Below, one piece after another: positions 40,086 to 53,744 of a stretch of DNA of 64,000 nucleotides; within the stretch, counting starts at the first letter, position 1; each line of letters starts with the position of its first letter. A model generated the notes under the pieces. It was not told the DNA's origin, searched no databases, and was given only the letters and a program-made list of their open reading frames with translations. The DNA is taken from the NCBI RefSeq assembly GCF_006345805.1, contig NW_021829832.1, positions 62,001 to 126,000 of the forward strand. The letters run 5' to 3'. The DNA comes from Octopus sinensis (taxonomy: Eukaryota). Both the position numbers and the translations under genes were made by a program.

Positions 40086-42901
40086 ATGCTCGGCGTAAAG
40101 CTTCAACACCCAAACACAGCGTACTCAATAAAGGAGAAAATAGGAGCTGGTTCATATGGAAGCGTCTTCAAGGTAAGTCCTCATTTCACTCAGGCCTTTC
40201 GAATGGCCGACGGGGTGACCTGCGCCCTCAAGTCAATGTCAGTCAAAAACAGCGGCGACTTGCTGTTGATCCGACAAGAAATCAACACGATGATCAGGTG
40301 CAGGCATGTGAACGTGGTCGAGTTCTACGAAGTGTTCTTGTGGTAAATACCTCAGAATTATAATGTATTTAGGAGAAAACAATTGTGGATTTCTATGGAA
40401 TTCTGCGGTGGGGGACCTTTCAACGAGATTGTGAATTGCCTGGGACCACTCGACGAATCAGAAATAGCTTATTCCATCAAATGTGTCGTGGAGGGCTTGA
40501 ACTACATTCACCAGCAAAAAAACGTCCACCGAGACATCAAAGTAAGTTGACTAATATTCCAGGGGGCCAATATATTGTTGACCACAGACGGAACGGTTAA
40601 AATAGGTATCCGACCGTTCTAATGACAAGCCGACTTTGGAATTGCCGCCAAATTGGTGGGGACACTGGACAAGCGGAAATCCATAATCGGGTCTCCCTAC
40701 TGGTGGTGGGTGTTCTCATTGACAGGATGGCTCCGGAGGTGATCACGGCAAAGATGTCGATGGGGTACGACTACTTGTGCGATGTGTGGAGTGTGGGAAT
40801 CCTTGCCATCGAGTTGGCAGAGACCGTCCCTCCACTCTACAAAATGCACCCAATGGACGCCTTGACAGTAATCGGGAAGAGTAGTTACACCAGTCCTACT
40901 TTGAGAGACCAGTCTAGATGGTACTGCACGTTTAAGTACGGACAGGTCTTCGTCCTTTCACTTGTTTGTCTGCAAAAGTTTGACCAAGAATGCCAAGAAG
41001 AGGCCGTCTGCAGCTGATTGCCTTGCTGTATATTTCTGTTGTCTAAAAGAGATGCCCTTCTTGACCAACTCCACACTGACCAAAAAACTTGGTTTGCGAA
41101 TAGTAAAAAAATATTTTTTCAAAAAATACGCAAAGGAACACCCCGAGAGCGTATTGTTAATAATTATAGACATGTAGGATGGTAGTCACTCCATCGTAGA
41201 CGGTGAGGAGACAATCAAGGAGGTTTCAGTTGCTGATTTCTACTCTGACAGGTTTCTTCCAAAGAAAAGATTCGTGTTCAAAATGATACTTCAGATCAAG
41301 GTGAAACAGTAAGTGGTCACTCATTCAACTATTAGATAAAAGCTTGCGGTTAGAATAGCATTGTCTAAAGATTCTTTAGCAGCAAAATCGGAAAAGTCTT
41401 CAGACAGGAGTTGTGAAGATAAATCAGACAACTTGGATAATAAGAAGGGCGATGGGGCAGAAATCTCTGATTGGCGCAAATATAAAGTTGCAGTGTACAA
41501 TAATAAGAATAGACAGACAGTTCTTCATTGGGGATCCAGAATCTCTCACTGGTTGGTCATCCTGTTGTAAAGTGTGGCAGATGGGGGTCCAACTTGTCAA
41601 CATATGCTCGAATATACAACTTGGTCGGATTTATGCAACTGACTACTGGATTGACCCGCGAACGAGACGTATTTTTTAACATCATTTCAGACCAAAAAAT
41701 ATTATTTGCAACTGAAAACGGTATTTACTTCAAGGATTTAACTGAGTCGATCGACAGGAGTCCCGAATTGGTATTTGTGTCCTCGAAACTGTCCGTAGAT
41801 AGTTCCTTGCAAAACAGTGTGGCTGTATGTGAACATGCACGACATTGTGGTGATACTTGCGTGTCTCGAAGGTGTGTACCCCCTTGACCTCACTTAGGTC
41901 GGGAACTCACTGTATTCCAGCTGGATTTGAAGGTTTTCTTTTTCAGTAAGGACAGCGAAATGAACCCTAAAAAGTTTTTATGTTTATCATTTGATAGAAA
42001 TGACCAACTTTGGCGTCGATTTATAACAAAGTTGACTGTTCTTGGTCAGGCCAACATCCAGAAGTGTGTGGCCTTCTACGCAGTGAGGAATCCTTTCCAT
42101 CCTTCAAAACGCCTTTTTTCCGATTTTCTCGTGGTCAAGACCGCCGAGAGAGTAATCCTGTTTCGCTGGTACACTGAATGGAGACAGTATGTCTTTGTTA
42201 AGGTTTACTGCCTTCTCAGACTGTAATAGGAACTGAGCTCTCCATACTCGCAGATACCGGTGGTGTCCCCGATTGTTCGAGGGGCTGACCCATATCCCTT
42301 CATTTGCTTTGGGGCCAAAATCAAGTTGAGTTTCATATTGTTTTCATAGTGATGTCGACTCTGACCAAATCAACTTCAAGGGAATTGACTTTAATTCGTC
42401 AAGTAACTGGTTTGCGTCATTTATTGGTGCGTTTGTTTTGTTATTGCAGATGAATGTAAACAAAATTCTTTGCAGATCAAATTCCTTCACCAAATCAACC
42501 AAGATAAGATTGTCCTTGGATTTCACAGTTAAAAAAGTGAGTAATCCTGATTAGACTACATTTTAATCTCCAACGCCGATGGGGTACTGGACAGTAACAT
42601 GAAGGTCACTTTTCCTTACTACGCCGATGATTACTGTGACCCGTCTTGTAGTTAATTGGTAGGTGTGGTTGAAAATGAAATATTAATTGTTCACAAAAAC
42701 GGAGTCATTACAAAAACATTTGATAATCAGGTTTGCAGTACACGAATATATTTAGGTCACCAATGATATATTTTATTCCTCAAAAACGTTTCGCCTGTTG
42801 GGATCGAATGGGTTTTGTTGGTGAATTATTTAAGAATGGTCGTCTTCGAAGTCACCTCTGACACGAATGTAACAGACATTTGTGTCCTCATTGGCAAATG
42901 A
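40086..42901 (+). CDS. MAP4K (GCK-I, MAP4K3/5-like) Ste20 kinase with a CNH domain
   Basis: IGAGSYGSVFK, VHRDIKGANILL, ADFG, KRKSIIGSPYWMAPEV, GYDYLCDVWSVGILAIELAETVPP, and a C-terminal citron-homology region (KILFATENGIY) ending DICVLIGK*. Confidence 0.9.
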
Positions 42902-43556
42902 TATTATTTCTAACCAATTATCAGCCATTTAGGGCCAAATTATAATATTTAAATTAACCTTTTTGTATCTCTCTAGTTTAAAAAATGTAACTTGTGTAAA
43001 TAATTGATACATTTCTTTTTCCGAATAATGAGCATGATTTGTGGAACACCGAGTTATATGCTACCTCATATAGTACAGGTTATCAGAATTGGCCTCCAAT
43101 CTAGAGTACTATGACACAAGACAGTGATAAAAAGATATTGAACAAATCTAACTTCGGAAGGGTTTGACAGGGGGTGGCGCAGTTCGTCACAATTTAAAAA
43201 TACAACTTGAAAGTTTTTTGACGAATCATGTTTTTCTCTAATACTGAGTTCATAATTTCGGACTTGTGATATTTGTATAAGAGAAGTGATATTCCTAGGG
43301 TGGGTGAGCTTTAATTGGTTTCAACCAAGAGTTTCTAAGTATTCAGTAATGTTAACTGTGTTACGGGACGTTTTCTTTATATGTCTATCCCTGTGCGGGT
43401 CATGCCGTATAGTCGAAAATCGAGCAAAGGAAGAAAATCTAGATCAGAAACACCAATTTATCCAAGTGATAAATTTGTACGTAATGAACCCATACGCAAT
43501 GTTTTCAATTCGGGCGATTAGGCACTCATATAAATTAGTATATTTTATTATGGCAG

Positions 43557-44123
43557 TTGATGAGTAAAAACATCAATATCTACGACAGCGGATCCTCGAT
43601 CCCGGAATTGCGGAATTTGGAGAAAACACGGTGGGACCCTTTTTTAATTAAAAGAAAAATCCCCGGGATAAAATTGAAGGATTTCTCCAAGACCATTGTG
43701 AGCTCCCTGAACGACCCCGAATACCGGGAAGCCTTTAAGCTTTTGGCGAGCGTCAAAAAGGAAGAAGACTTCAACACAATAATGGGGATGGTCCTGGGTA
43801 AGGTCAACAAAACCCCCCGAACCCCGTCTGAAAAATCCAAAAATAATGATTTCCAAATCAGACCGTTTCACCGTAAATCTTGGTCATCGGAGTACAACGC
43901 CGACAAACTGCTGGCATCCCACGTAGATTCGCCTCTCAACACGGAAAGTCACCGACAGATAAATCGGAGACTTCAGGAGAAGTCGATATATAAAGAGAAC
44001 TTGGTTTTGTTGATGAATAATAATACATTAGAACATTTTCCGTCGCCTGAACTCGCCTTTACTGAAACGGCAGTGAGGCATTATCTTATAATATTTTAGA
44101 AAGACTTAATATTAATAAGCTAA
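43557..44123 (+). CDS. Uncharacterised ORF of about 180 aa
   Basis: About 170 uninterrupted codons from an ATG. It ends at 44099 unspliced or 44123 after a 27-nt intron. No homologue recognised. Confidence 0.45.
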
Positions 44124-44149
44124 TTTTAAAATAAACAATCGTGGTTATT

Positions 44150-45879
44150 ATGCTGCGTTCTCTATTGTCGATAGGCAGGGCATGCGAGCGGGGGATCCAC
44201 AGGGGATTACGTAATCCCAGCAAGCAGTCCTCCGAGGAAGAGTTATTTGTCACTCTAACCACCGCAGATGGGCGGGCACAGAAAAACGGCCTCTTCGCAA
44301 ATTCGACAATCGTCGTGACAGAATTTATTACAAGAATATTAAAAAGCATATTAAATCAAAAAATGTGAGAATATAATTCATCAAAAATAGATAATTGAGT
44401 CAGTCCATCAGTTCGAATTGCTGAAACAAGACCGAATCATCCCCTCGTCCTACATTTACTGTTCAGTCATCCAGTTACTGGCCAGTCACGGACTAGCGAG
44501 GAGGTGCTTCTCCTACTACAACGAGGTCTCAGTGCAAGGACTACTCCCAGATGCTAAAACAGGACATTAAAACAGACTCCCAGACATACTCCGCTTTATT
44601 CACTGCCTTTGCCAGGGCAGAAAACACTCAATTCGCTCTAAAAGCTGCTGCCTCCGTGTTCTACGACGTGGCCCAGAACAAGAATCCGGAAATATCCTCA
44701 AATCTGCTGATCAAACAGTCCTACATTTGGGTTGGTCGCCTAGTTGACTGTCAAGTGCCTAATGCGACTCAAGCAGACAGGCAAGGCATTGTCCCTCTGT
44801 GACTCCCTCCACAGTGCCGAAAAAGAATCCCTCAACACATGTTTCTACAACAATCTACTCTATCTGGAAGGCCAATGTCCCCATTCCTCCTTCCTGTATA
44901 CCCTAAAGGTGTCATTTGTCCCCCACTGGCAGTGCTGGCGTCTCATGGCCGACAGTCGAGTGAAGCCTGATGAGATGAGCATTGTGTACCTCCTCAAGTC
45001 CATCATCAAACCACAACACGTCCTTCCCCAGGCACTGAGTGAATTGGCAAAGACAAGGGCGAGTCCTTCACTGATTGAGTCCGGTGACCTCATCACTGAG
45101 GAATCATGTGAGTCATTGGCACGGAGGTTTGAGACTCCGAAGGGAAGATTCGAGTTTGTTGGGGGGCAGAAGGGAATTCTGTCATTGACTGAGCACTACG
45201 GAGTTGTTCCGAACATAATCATATTGACAATCCTCATTGAAGTTATCTCTCGTTCTGGAATTGGGAATGTCGACCAGATATGGAGTCTGGTAGAGAAACA
45301 TGGCTTGCAGGTGGACTGTGGCTTCATCAGTGCCCACGCCAGATATCTACTCTTTTCGGAAAAGAGGAATCCGGGTCATGTTCTTCGAGTATTCGTTGTA
45401 TTACATGGACAGAACTCGCTGGATTTGATGGAGAGTTGCCAAGTGTTACCAGACGAGCATTTCTTTGCTATTTTCGCCCGATTTTGCAATTTGCTGGCCG
45501 ATTTCGACGGTCTGTGTGCAGTCATGCAGGTCGGTTGGTGTTCCCTAGTTTTAGAAGAAGGGTGTCCCCTTAGGCCAGTTTGTTATTCGGGCAGTGCTTC
45601 TCCGCAGTTCAGATCTCGACATTGGCCGGGCTGTGTTATGTCGGATGAGTGGGGAGAATATGCTCGTGAATGGCCACATCAGGTACGCCTTCGAACGCTT
45701 TTTCGCCAATGTCTCAAGGAGGAAACATGTTTGTGGGTTTGTCTTACTTATATTTTGGCAGGACGGGAATAGGGAGGCTGAAGAAAGAGTACGAGTCGTA
45801 CGCGGCGGATAGAAGGGCGTTTGGAGGGGTGGAGTTGAAATTCAATAATCTTATTAAAGACAAATTCTCATTTTTATAA
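44150..45879 (+). CDS. PTCD1: Mitochondrial pentatricopeptide repeat protein (PTCD1-like)
   Basis: Basic presequence MLRSLLSIGRACERG, then PPR motifs DRIIPSSYIYCSVIQLLASHG...YYNEMLKQDIKTDSQTYSALFTAFA, FYNNLLY, VKPDEMSIVYLL and VVPNIIILTILI. Confidence 0.75.
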
Positions 45880-46239
45880 ATTAAATTATTCTGAACATGA
45901 CTTCTTTTTTACTTTAATAAGAAAAGGAAAAGTAATTTATTGGACTAGTCGAGACAACCAGCTTGTATTTCTAATTATTATTTTTTCTAATTTTTATCAG
46001 TGAAAATGAATTGCGTCGTCGTTGTATTTTCACTTATAAACTCAGCATAGTGACTTAATCCGATTAGTAAGAGTTCGCGTGAGGTTTCACAAAAGAAAAT
46101 GACCGCACTGGAAAATCAAGCTCGTTCTCCTTCAATGACTCGTTGCAGTGACAGGAACTCAATATTGGCCGGATACTTACAAATCTGGATTGCAGTTAAA
46201 GACCATAAACAATTATCCATTCTGGCTTTCTTGGTCGTT

Positions 46240-46860
46240 CTAAGATGAGAAGGTGGTGTCTAAAGTCGACAGAGCAAATCTCTGTGCTCCGATTTTAGTC
46301 TTCTCATTGGTTAATTTGTCAATGTAATTAGATACATGTTCTGTCTGATTTTGAATTTTGGGCATTTTTTTGTACATCTCATTTATTTGAACAAAGTGTT
46401 TCCAGGCCAAGACCAAATCCAGTATTACAAAATAAATCAAATATATTCAAGACAAAAATTACATTCATGTCTCGGCCAATGTTTAGGCCAGAATTAATAC
46501 TGACGTGAATGTGCCTGACAGGATACCTCCAATTCTGGTTATGATCTCTAAGATTAAACATTTTCTCATATTTTTTATTAAAGTAGTCTCAATTACCAAC
46601 TGGGTGGGTTAGAGTTTCTCGGCATTTCTAATTCTCAATTTCCTGCACAATTTTAAGTGCAAGCATTTAACAGCATGTTTGTTTATTCTGAAATAAAAAT
46701 TATTGAGCATTCTCCGACATCCCGCGTAAAGGTGGTCAACTGTCTTCTTTCTTGAAGAAGAGTTATTTCCAACTTTTATTAGATCTTGTTCCTTAAAACC
46801 ATGCATAAATTTCAGACTGTCGTATGATTTTAAAAAATCATATAATGACATTTTGACCAA
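46240..46860 (-). CDS. Putative uncharacterised gene
   Basis: Successive short open frames separated by GT-AG micro-intron-like segments. I could not build a complete consistent model. Confidence 0.25.
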
Positions 46861-47251
46861 AATCTCTCAGATAATCAATAATCCCATTGTTGATTTTTCT
46901 GGAAATATGTGAATTTATCTTCAAAAGAGTAGATTAAATTTCCTGTAGGAGAGAGATTTGTTTTAGTGAAATTAGATAGGAACAGAAAATAAAAACAGAA
47001 ATTTTAGTTTATTGGAAAATTGTCTAAAAAATAAGTGCTTTTTGCAACTCATCAAAGGTCGGATGTGTGTGTTTGTTGTTTGTATCATTCTTAAAAAATT
47101 GACTTTTTATAAGACCTAAAACTCAAATTTTATGTGAATAAATTAAATATTAATTATTTTGGGATCCAGGAGTACAACGTAATCACGAGTATTCATTCTA
47201 TTTTCTTGTGGTATTATTAATACTTATCACATCAAAAATACACAACATAAA

Positions 47252-49277
47252 ATGCACGAGAAAACAGTTATTCCCGAAAACGGTAGTCACATAAATTATT
47301 GTCAGAATTTAACACCAGTCAATTTGTGGCGGCCAGAGCTCCCGAATTGACATTTTTTGTATCAAAATGCAAAGCAAAAGCCAAAACGAGCATGCAATTT
47401 CTGCCGAAGCATCTTCGCCGAAGAGCAGCGAGCAGTCACCCCCGACGAGTCCCCGCTGCATTTCGTTTCTACAACTCACAAACAAAAAAGACAAAAAATA
47501 TTAAAAAACACAATTCCCGTGCTCTCGAATACGAGAAGCGCTCAAAACGCTGCACGTATTTATAAAACTCAGTCTCAGGTGGCTGGAAACACACATTTGG
47601 CACAGCAAACGGTTTCACGTGGAGGACAAATGGGGATGGCGGATCCCCACAAAACACACTGATAAGATTCTGCGACCAGGAATCAAAACACTGCAAGAGA
47701 AATGTACAATTCAAGACATTTCTTTTCATTCCTGGCGAGAATTGGCCGGGGATTACACTCTTCTTGTCTCAAGACTCGGATGGTTGGAAAACAAGTCAAA
47801 TGGTCGAGTTTTGGTCCCCTGATTACGAAGGACTCACATTCGGGGCCAAGTGCTATTCGAAGGGGGACTCCGCCGGCAGTCTGTTTGTTTATTCGAAGGA
47901 AGGAGTCCCAATAGGCCCAGTGACCTTCCTTTGGAGTCCTTCCTTGGAGAATTCTGGGGACCGTGTCATATGGCTGATTTGTCATCCCCTGATGTCTCAA
48001 TCTCTCAAAAGCGCCTTGGATTCAGTATTGGCTGACACAGACATCAGAAATGAGGACATCACCGGCCAAATAAACCGATTTAGACTGACGGGTGTCCAGT
48101 CATCCGCGATACTGCACTCGTTTTATAAAGACGCGGTATCCTCAGTGGTTTATGACCAAACAGATACAAAAGTGTTACTCGACCACATTTACTCAAAACA
48201 TTCTCGACTTGAACGACGTCGTCACATTAAAAGTGGGGGATCCTCGATCTGTTCTTCCCAAATTAAGACGTGAGACTCAAAAACACGATTCATGCAGTGC
48301 TTCGGACTGTAGTCGTGTTCCCAGTCGGAGTTTTCCCTCATTTTCGAGACTGTGGGACCCTAATTATAGACTAGAACAAGACCCCAGACGACCAAATCGT
48401 TTTTCCAACAGTTCCTCTGATGATAGAGTGGATGACATTGAAGTCATTTTGTTCAGAGATACTGCTTTCCAGAGGAATTCTGCATTCCCGGTGATTGATA
48501 GTTGGAGCATGTTGATTCCCCGTGGCTGGGGAGTTCCATTTTGGCTCAATTCTGTGTTCCGAGGGGCTCGGTCTATTGGCCTGGATGAGTGGCACTCTCT
48601 GTGTATCGAGTTCTGCTGGGTTTCCGAAATTCCCTCTCTTTGGCCCGACACTGTTGCCTCTGGGCTATATCAGACCGAACAGACCCTGCAGCTGAGAGAG
48701 GCACACAAAAAGTAGGCCGAAATCTCTAGTTTCCAGGCGTCCTCCGTCAAAGAGGATAAATTATTCGAAGATTGGATTCACTTCCGACCCATTTTCGATT
48801 GATTGGTCTCAGTTTGGGAGCGAGGTCTCTGAGCAACCGTATTCCGTGGCTAGAAGTCTCTCAGAGCTTGATTTCACTGCTTTTGGGACTGGTTTTCGGT
48901 CGAAAGTCGTCGTGAACTGTAAATTGTTTCGGAAGATGGAGAATTCGTTCGAGGAGGTGGAGAAAAGCATTGTTTTAGTGAGGGTTGAGTGCGTGGGCAA
49001 AGGAATGGTGGACAAATATTCTCAGATTGTGTTGCCTGGAATTGAGGACATTGAATGTCACAGTGATGGGGTCGAGGGTGGAGGGAGGCCCGTGATAGGT
49101 CGAGTTGTCGAGGGAATGTACAGCAGAAGACTGGGTCGGTCCATTGGAATAGGATTTTGTCTGACTGGACGATTCAGAGAATTATGTTCTTCTATTTCCC
49201 CTCCAATGGCGCTCATTCGGACTCCTTCTAGTCAGGGGGTTTATAGGAAGGTGTGGCTGACTTTTTTGATTTCTTAG
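47252..49277 (+). CDS. POP1: RNase P/MRP subunit POP1
   Basis: QFLPKHLRRRAASSHPRRVP, WLETHIWHSKRFHVEDKWGWRIP, WSMLIPRGWGVPFW, C-terminal GRSIGIGFC. Confidence 0.93.
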
Positions 49278-51573
49278 TTTTATTGTCTGTTTTGTAGTTT
49301 AATCTGTGCTCATTCAAAATGAGTGTATATCGAGATTGCATATGAGTGGCAGTAATTCTGTGTATATTTTAAGGACTTGTTTTATTATTATTAAGCAAAA
49401 TAGAATGAGAGGTGACAGCAAACCGTTTAGGAAACTACAAATCATGCGGCAAACAAATCTAAAGAATATTAAACTTTTCCCTCAGTCTTCAGAGTTCCTG
49501 TCCTTTTCTGACATTTAGTCAACGAGGATTGCTGGAGTGCATCTTTTCGGAGTTCGACACTTTCAATTGATAAACAAACATTCAGTCCAAAGTTGTCTTT
49601 TGGAAGGAGAAAAACATCTTTTGTACAATACGGCGTGTATCACAGAACTAATGGAGTTCTTATATTTGCGAGTGTCACATGGGTATATAGAGAAAAGAAG
49701 GAGTGGCCTCTAAGACATTTCTCCCTGCAATGTGTTCATGGCATTTAGAGGCGAACAAGTGTTCATTGGAAGAAATCTGGGTTGGGCCAGTTTAATAAAT
49801 AATTATACCGTTGAAACAAAATCCCCACCTCATAAAACTTGTTGATTTGGGGTTGTGTATGAGCACCTGAATAAATTGACCAAACTTATACGATATACCT
49901 CCATACAATTTGGTTATCGATCATTTTGTATTTATTAGGTAAATAATTTTTTGGTGACCAGTCAACTGGCAGTCTTGGGGATTATTTCAGAAGGATGACC
50001 TAATAGTGCGACAACTATTGAATATCGAATGGTTGCTAGAATGTCGTGAACATTAAATTGGGTGTCTCCTTGAACAGGATAAATTCCATAAAATTAGTTA
50101 TCAATGATAATTATTCTAAAACAACTTTTACAAACATCGCCAGACTATTCAAAGTACTGTAATGAGGAGAACCTAAAAAGTATGCGGGTCGAGTACAGAA
50201 ATGGGTGGATTGACAAAGATTTGGTGATTGTAGAAAAACACTCTAAAACAGCGTTTCCCAGCCTTTTTCGCCTGCGGTGCTTAAAAACAGGTTTTTTTCC
50301 TGCGGCACATATTACTTAGAATTGTTAAGGAGGCCCAGAGGTCATCTTCAATTGACAACAACCTGTTTGTGTTTTTGTCGATGAGACAAGAGAAAGCTTG
50401 TCCACACTTAATCACGTTGAGAACTGAAGCAATTTTTTTTCTTTTTTACAAATTGAAGGATAAGAATCTTTTATGGAAATCGGGAACATATCTGTCGACA
50501 ATTCAGCAATATTATTTTTTAATGCTCTTCCTGTCAATATATATTAGTTCGTGTTCAAATTAGAAAGCATTGTCAAAAATTTGATAACAAAAGTATTGTG
50601 CGTATACTTACTCTGGCTAAATCAATTCTAAAGAGTTTACCCCACAGCGAATATTCTTGTTGTGATTTTCCTCTTTTTACACGTAGCGAAGTATATATCG
50701 TCAGGCTGCTTCGTGAAAACAGCACAAAATGATAATACAACCTTCATTGTTCTCGGCATAATCTTCAGCTGCATTCTGGCCTACCAGGTACTATTAACTT
50801 TGTGTGTATATTCTACATTAAATGGATTGAATACACTTTTGATAATTAATTCATATTTGGTAATAACGATATGCGTATAAATAGATCTTCTTAAAGTTTC
50901 GGAATACTACGACTACTCAACCAATCGCGCATATTATGATATAAAAGGACTACATTTTTATGATGACAAGGCAAATAAAAAAATAAAAGGATGGAGGAAA
51001 ATAGATATAAATCTATTATAGAAATGACTGAACCGAAAATTAGCCAAAAAGATTATTTGTTACTTTCACGCTGTCAGGCATCCTTTGCCTAAAAGTTGAG
51101 ACCGACAAGAGAAAACAAAAACTGTCTCGTAGAGTTATCAGTCCTTAAAAAAGTTGATTTAGTCAGTTAATTAAAAAAATATTTGAATATTTTAGATTTT
51201 TGGTGAGATTCAAAAGAAAGAAAAGCTGTAAAAATAGTTTACCTCTTTATTAGGAAAGTTTACTAAACAAAAACACGGAGACTCAGATAAGGGATGGAAA
51301 GCAGCCACACTTTATCCGCTCTATTTCCTCAAAAATTGGACTGGAAAAAAGGCAGAACTGGGACTATAAATGTTTATTTTGTCTTCATATTTAGCCTGTA
51401 AGAAGTTTGTTGTACGTAGCAATTGATCGTATTTTCTGCCGGGATTTCCTTGGAATATACAAAAATGACCTCACCTTTTACAAATTAAAGAATTAATTTT
51501 TATGAATGTTAGAAGTAAAAATATAATTACTTTATAATATTATTTATCGAAATAATAACACAATTATTTTCAA

Positions 51574-53446
51574 ATGGCATCATTTCGAGGTGGTGTAAAC
51601 AAAAGTAAACATTTAACAAACAATAACTCCTTATTTATAGGCAAAATGGCTAGAAAGTTCGATTTAGAAGAAATGTTTAGAAAAGCACTGGAAAATACTC
51701 CTCAAAACAGTAATATTAAACATACACTAAGTAAGTATCCGAGGCAGATGAACCAGTGACAGAAACTGTCGAAAATGATGAAATTTACGATGACAAAAGC
51801 GACGAAAATTCCGAAGAAGACGCAGAATCGACGTTCTTTAATGTGCCAAGTTCGTCATTCGCCGAGATTTGGCACGCTGACAAGAAAGTGGGCTAAAACT
51901 AACAATTCAGGTCACCGCGATGAGCATCGACTCCTCGGGCTCGAGAATGGCGACTGGCGGCTACGACTCGGAACTCAAACTGTGGGACTTTGCTGGAATG
52001 AACGCGGGACTGAAATCCTTTCGGACCTGCGAGTTGTTTGAGAGGTATCCACACTTGGCACGTGAAGGCAAAACATTGGGCAAATTCGGCACAGCAGTGG
52101 GGGAGAGCTGATTCTGGTGACAGGGGCAGCCCACATCTGCCACGTCCTCGACAGGGACGGGGAAATTGCCTACACGACAGCCAAGGGATTCCAGTACATC
52201 ATGGACGTCAAGCAGACCAAGGTTTATGAGTGTGGCCATGTCAAAGGGACACATTTCAGTGCTGAATGACTGCTGTTGGAATCCTCTGAACAGGGACGAG
52301 TTTATGACCTCGGCCAATGACGGGTTGTGGGAATATCACCAGGCAGGTCGGTGAGGGTGTGGAGACTCGACACTGTGGCGGAGAAATACCACAAGTGCAT
52401 TAAGATCTGTCGGGGAAAGAGGACGTGTGCCATGGCCATTGCTTATTCCAACGACGGGAAACTCATTTTCACGGGGACGGACGACGGAATGGTGCAGGCG
52501 TGGGACACTGCCTCCATCCTCGTCGTTTCCCTGTGTTATGTTGACAGATTACTCCCAAAATGTGCATGCCCAAAGCCCACTCGGGGAATGTGACTGGCGT
52601 GGCTGTATCGACTGACGGGGTGACCATTGCGACCAGATCGGGTATTGTGTGTGTATTACGGAAAGGGGACGACACTCTCAAAGTATTCGACATTAGGAAG
52701 TTTGGAGAGCCGTTGGGGAGTTGTTCGTCTCTGTGCAATATATGTCCTTCGTATGGGTTGTGTTGATTAGGCAGAACGGATGTCCTTTTTTCCCCCAATG
52801 ATAAAATGGTGGTGACTGTCACGCAGACTCCCCACAAGTCGACAATTCCCTCACAAATCGTGTGTGTCGACAAGCAGACATGCCAAGTGGTGAAGCGGGT
52901 CGACCTCCCCTCAGTAGTCAGTCCACTAATCCATTAGCCTGCCACTCGGGTGTTGTGGAATGCCCGACTCAACCAGATTGCTACTGCTGGATTCGACGGG
53001 GCAGTCCGAATCCACTTTGACGACAAAACCTCGAATAAGGGAGTGCTGCTATCGCTGAGCAAGCCGACCAAGTGTTCGAGAGTGGGGCATTTCATTCACA
53101 ACAAACAAGTGATGACACGTCAGTCGTGTGTATCATTCACATAGCACTGGCACTTCCATTGTTCGAGGAAGAGAAGGAGCGCAGTCGAGTGATCCGTGAG
53201 ATTAAGGCGAGGAAGAATCCCGAATTGACTTGCAGGCCGGATGTCCCCATTGACGGTCCTGGTTTGAATGGACGGTTGGGGACGCCCGGGTCGACGTTGG
53301 TCCACTATTTGTTGCAGCAGATGGCCGTCAAGGTCAAGGATCCCGACGATTATGACATAAGAGCTGCTATTCTCAAGAAGGCCGAGGAAGCCGAAAAAAA
53401 TCCAATGTTTATTGAGCCAGCCTACAAGAGACCCAAATTGGAGTAA
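51574..53446 (+). CDS. WDR70: WD repeat protein 70
   Basis: ARKFDLEEMF, ATGGYDSELKLWDFAGMN..LKSFR, KGHISVLNDCCWNP, SGDDTLKVFDIRKF, ALPLFEEE...GPGLNGRLGTPG...IRAAILKKAEEAEKNP. Confidence 0.94.
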
Positions 53447-53744
53447 TTAGAAAAGATTTTTTGTCTTAAATTTAAAATCCTAATTTTGTGTCTTTACTAT
53501 AATTATGAGATTATGAAAGGTGCGATTTCAAAGTAGAATATTCCGAAATGATTTTAGCTATTTGGACATTCTGCTGAGATTTTGAATAAAACTAAGGGGA
53601 CTACAAGTCAGCAAAATTGTCTAATGCTTTCTTACTCAAGAACAGAAGTTGAGACTTTTCAAAAGTTGTGATATGTTGATAAAGCAGAATAGACAGGTCA
53701 CTCGAACAAAATTTAATCATTCCAAAAACAAACAGCTTAACAGC

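Noticed and set aside
43034-43078. Kinase activation-loop-like peptide ICGTPSYMLP
   Set aside because: No other kinase subdomains are present in the flanks; it is probably chance.
35119-44152. SL trans-spliced operons
   Set aside because: None of the three tight gaps examined contains an AG acceptor. The packing is reported as a finding without the operon claim.
49330-50900. Possible minus-strand gene between POP1 and WDR70
   Set aside because: Micro-intron-like segments are present, but I could not build a consistent frame or recognise a homologue.
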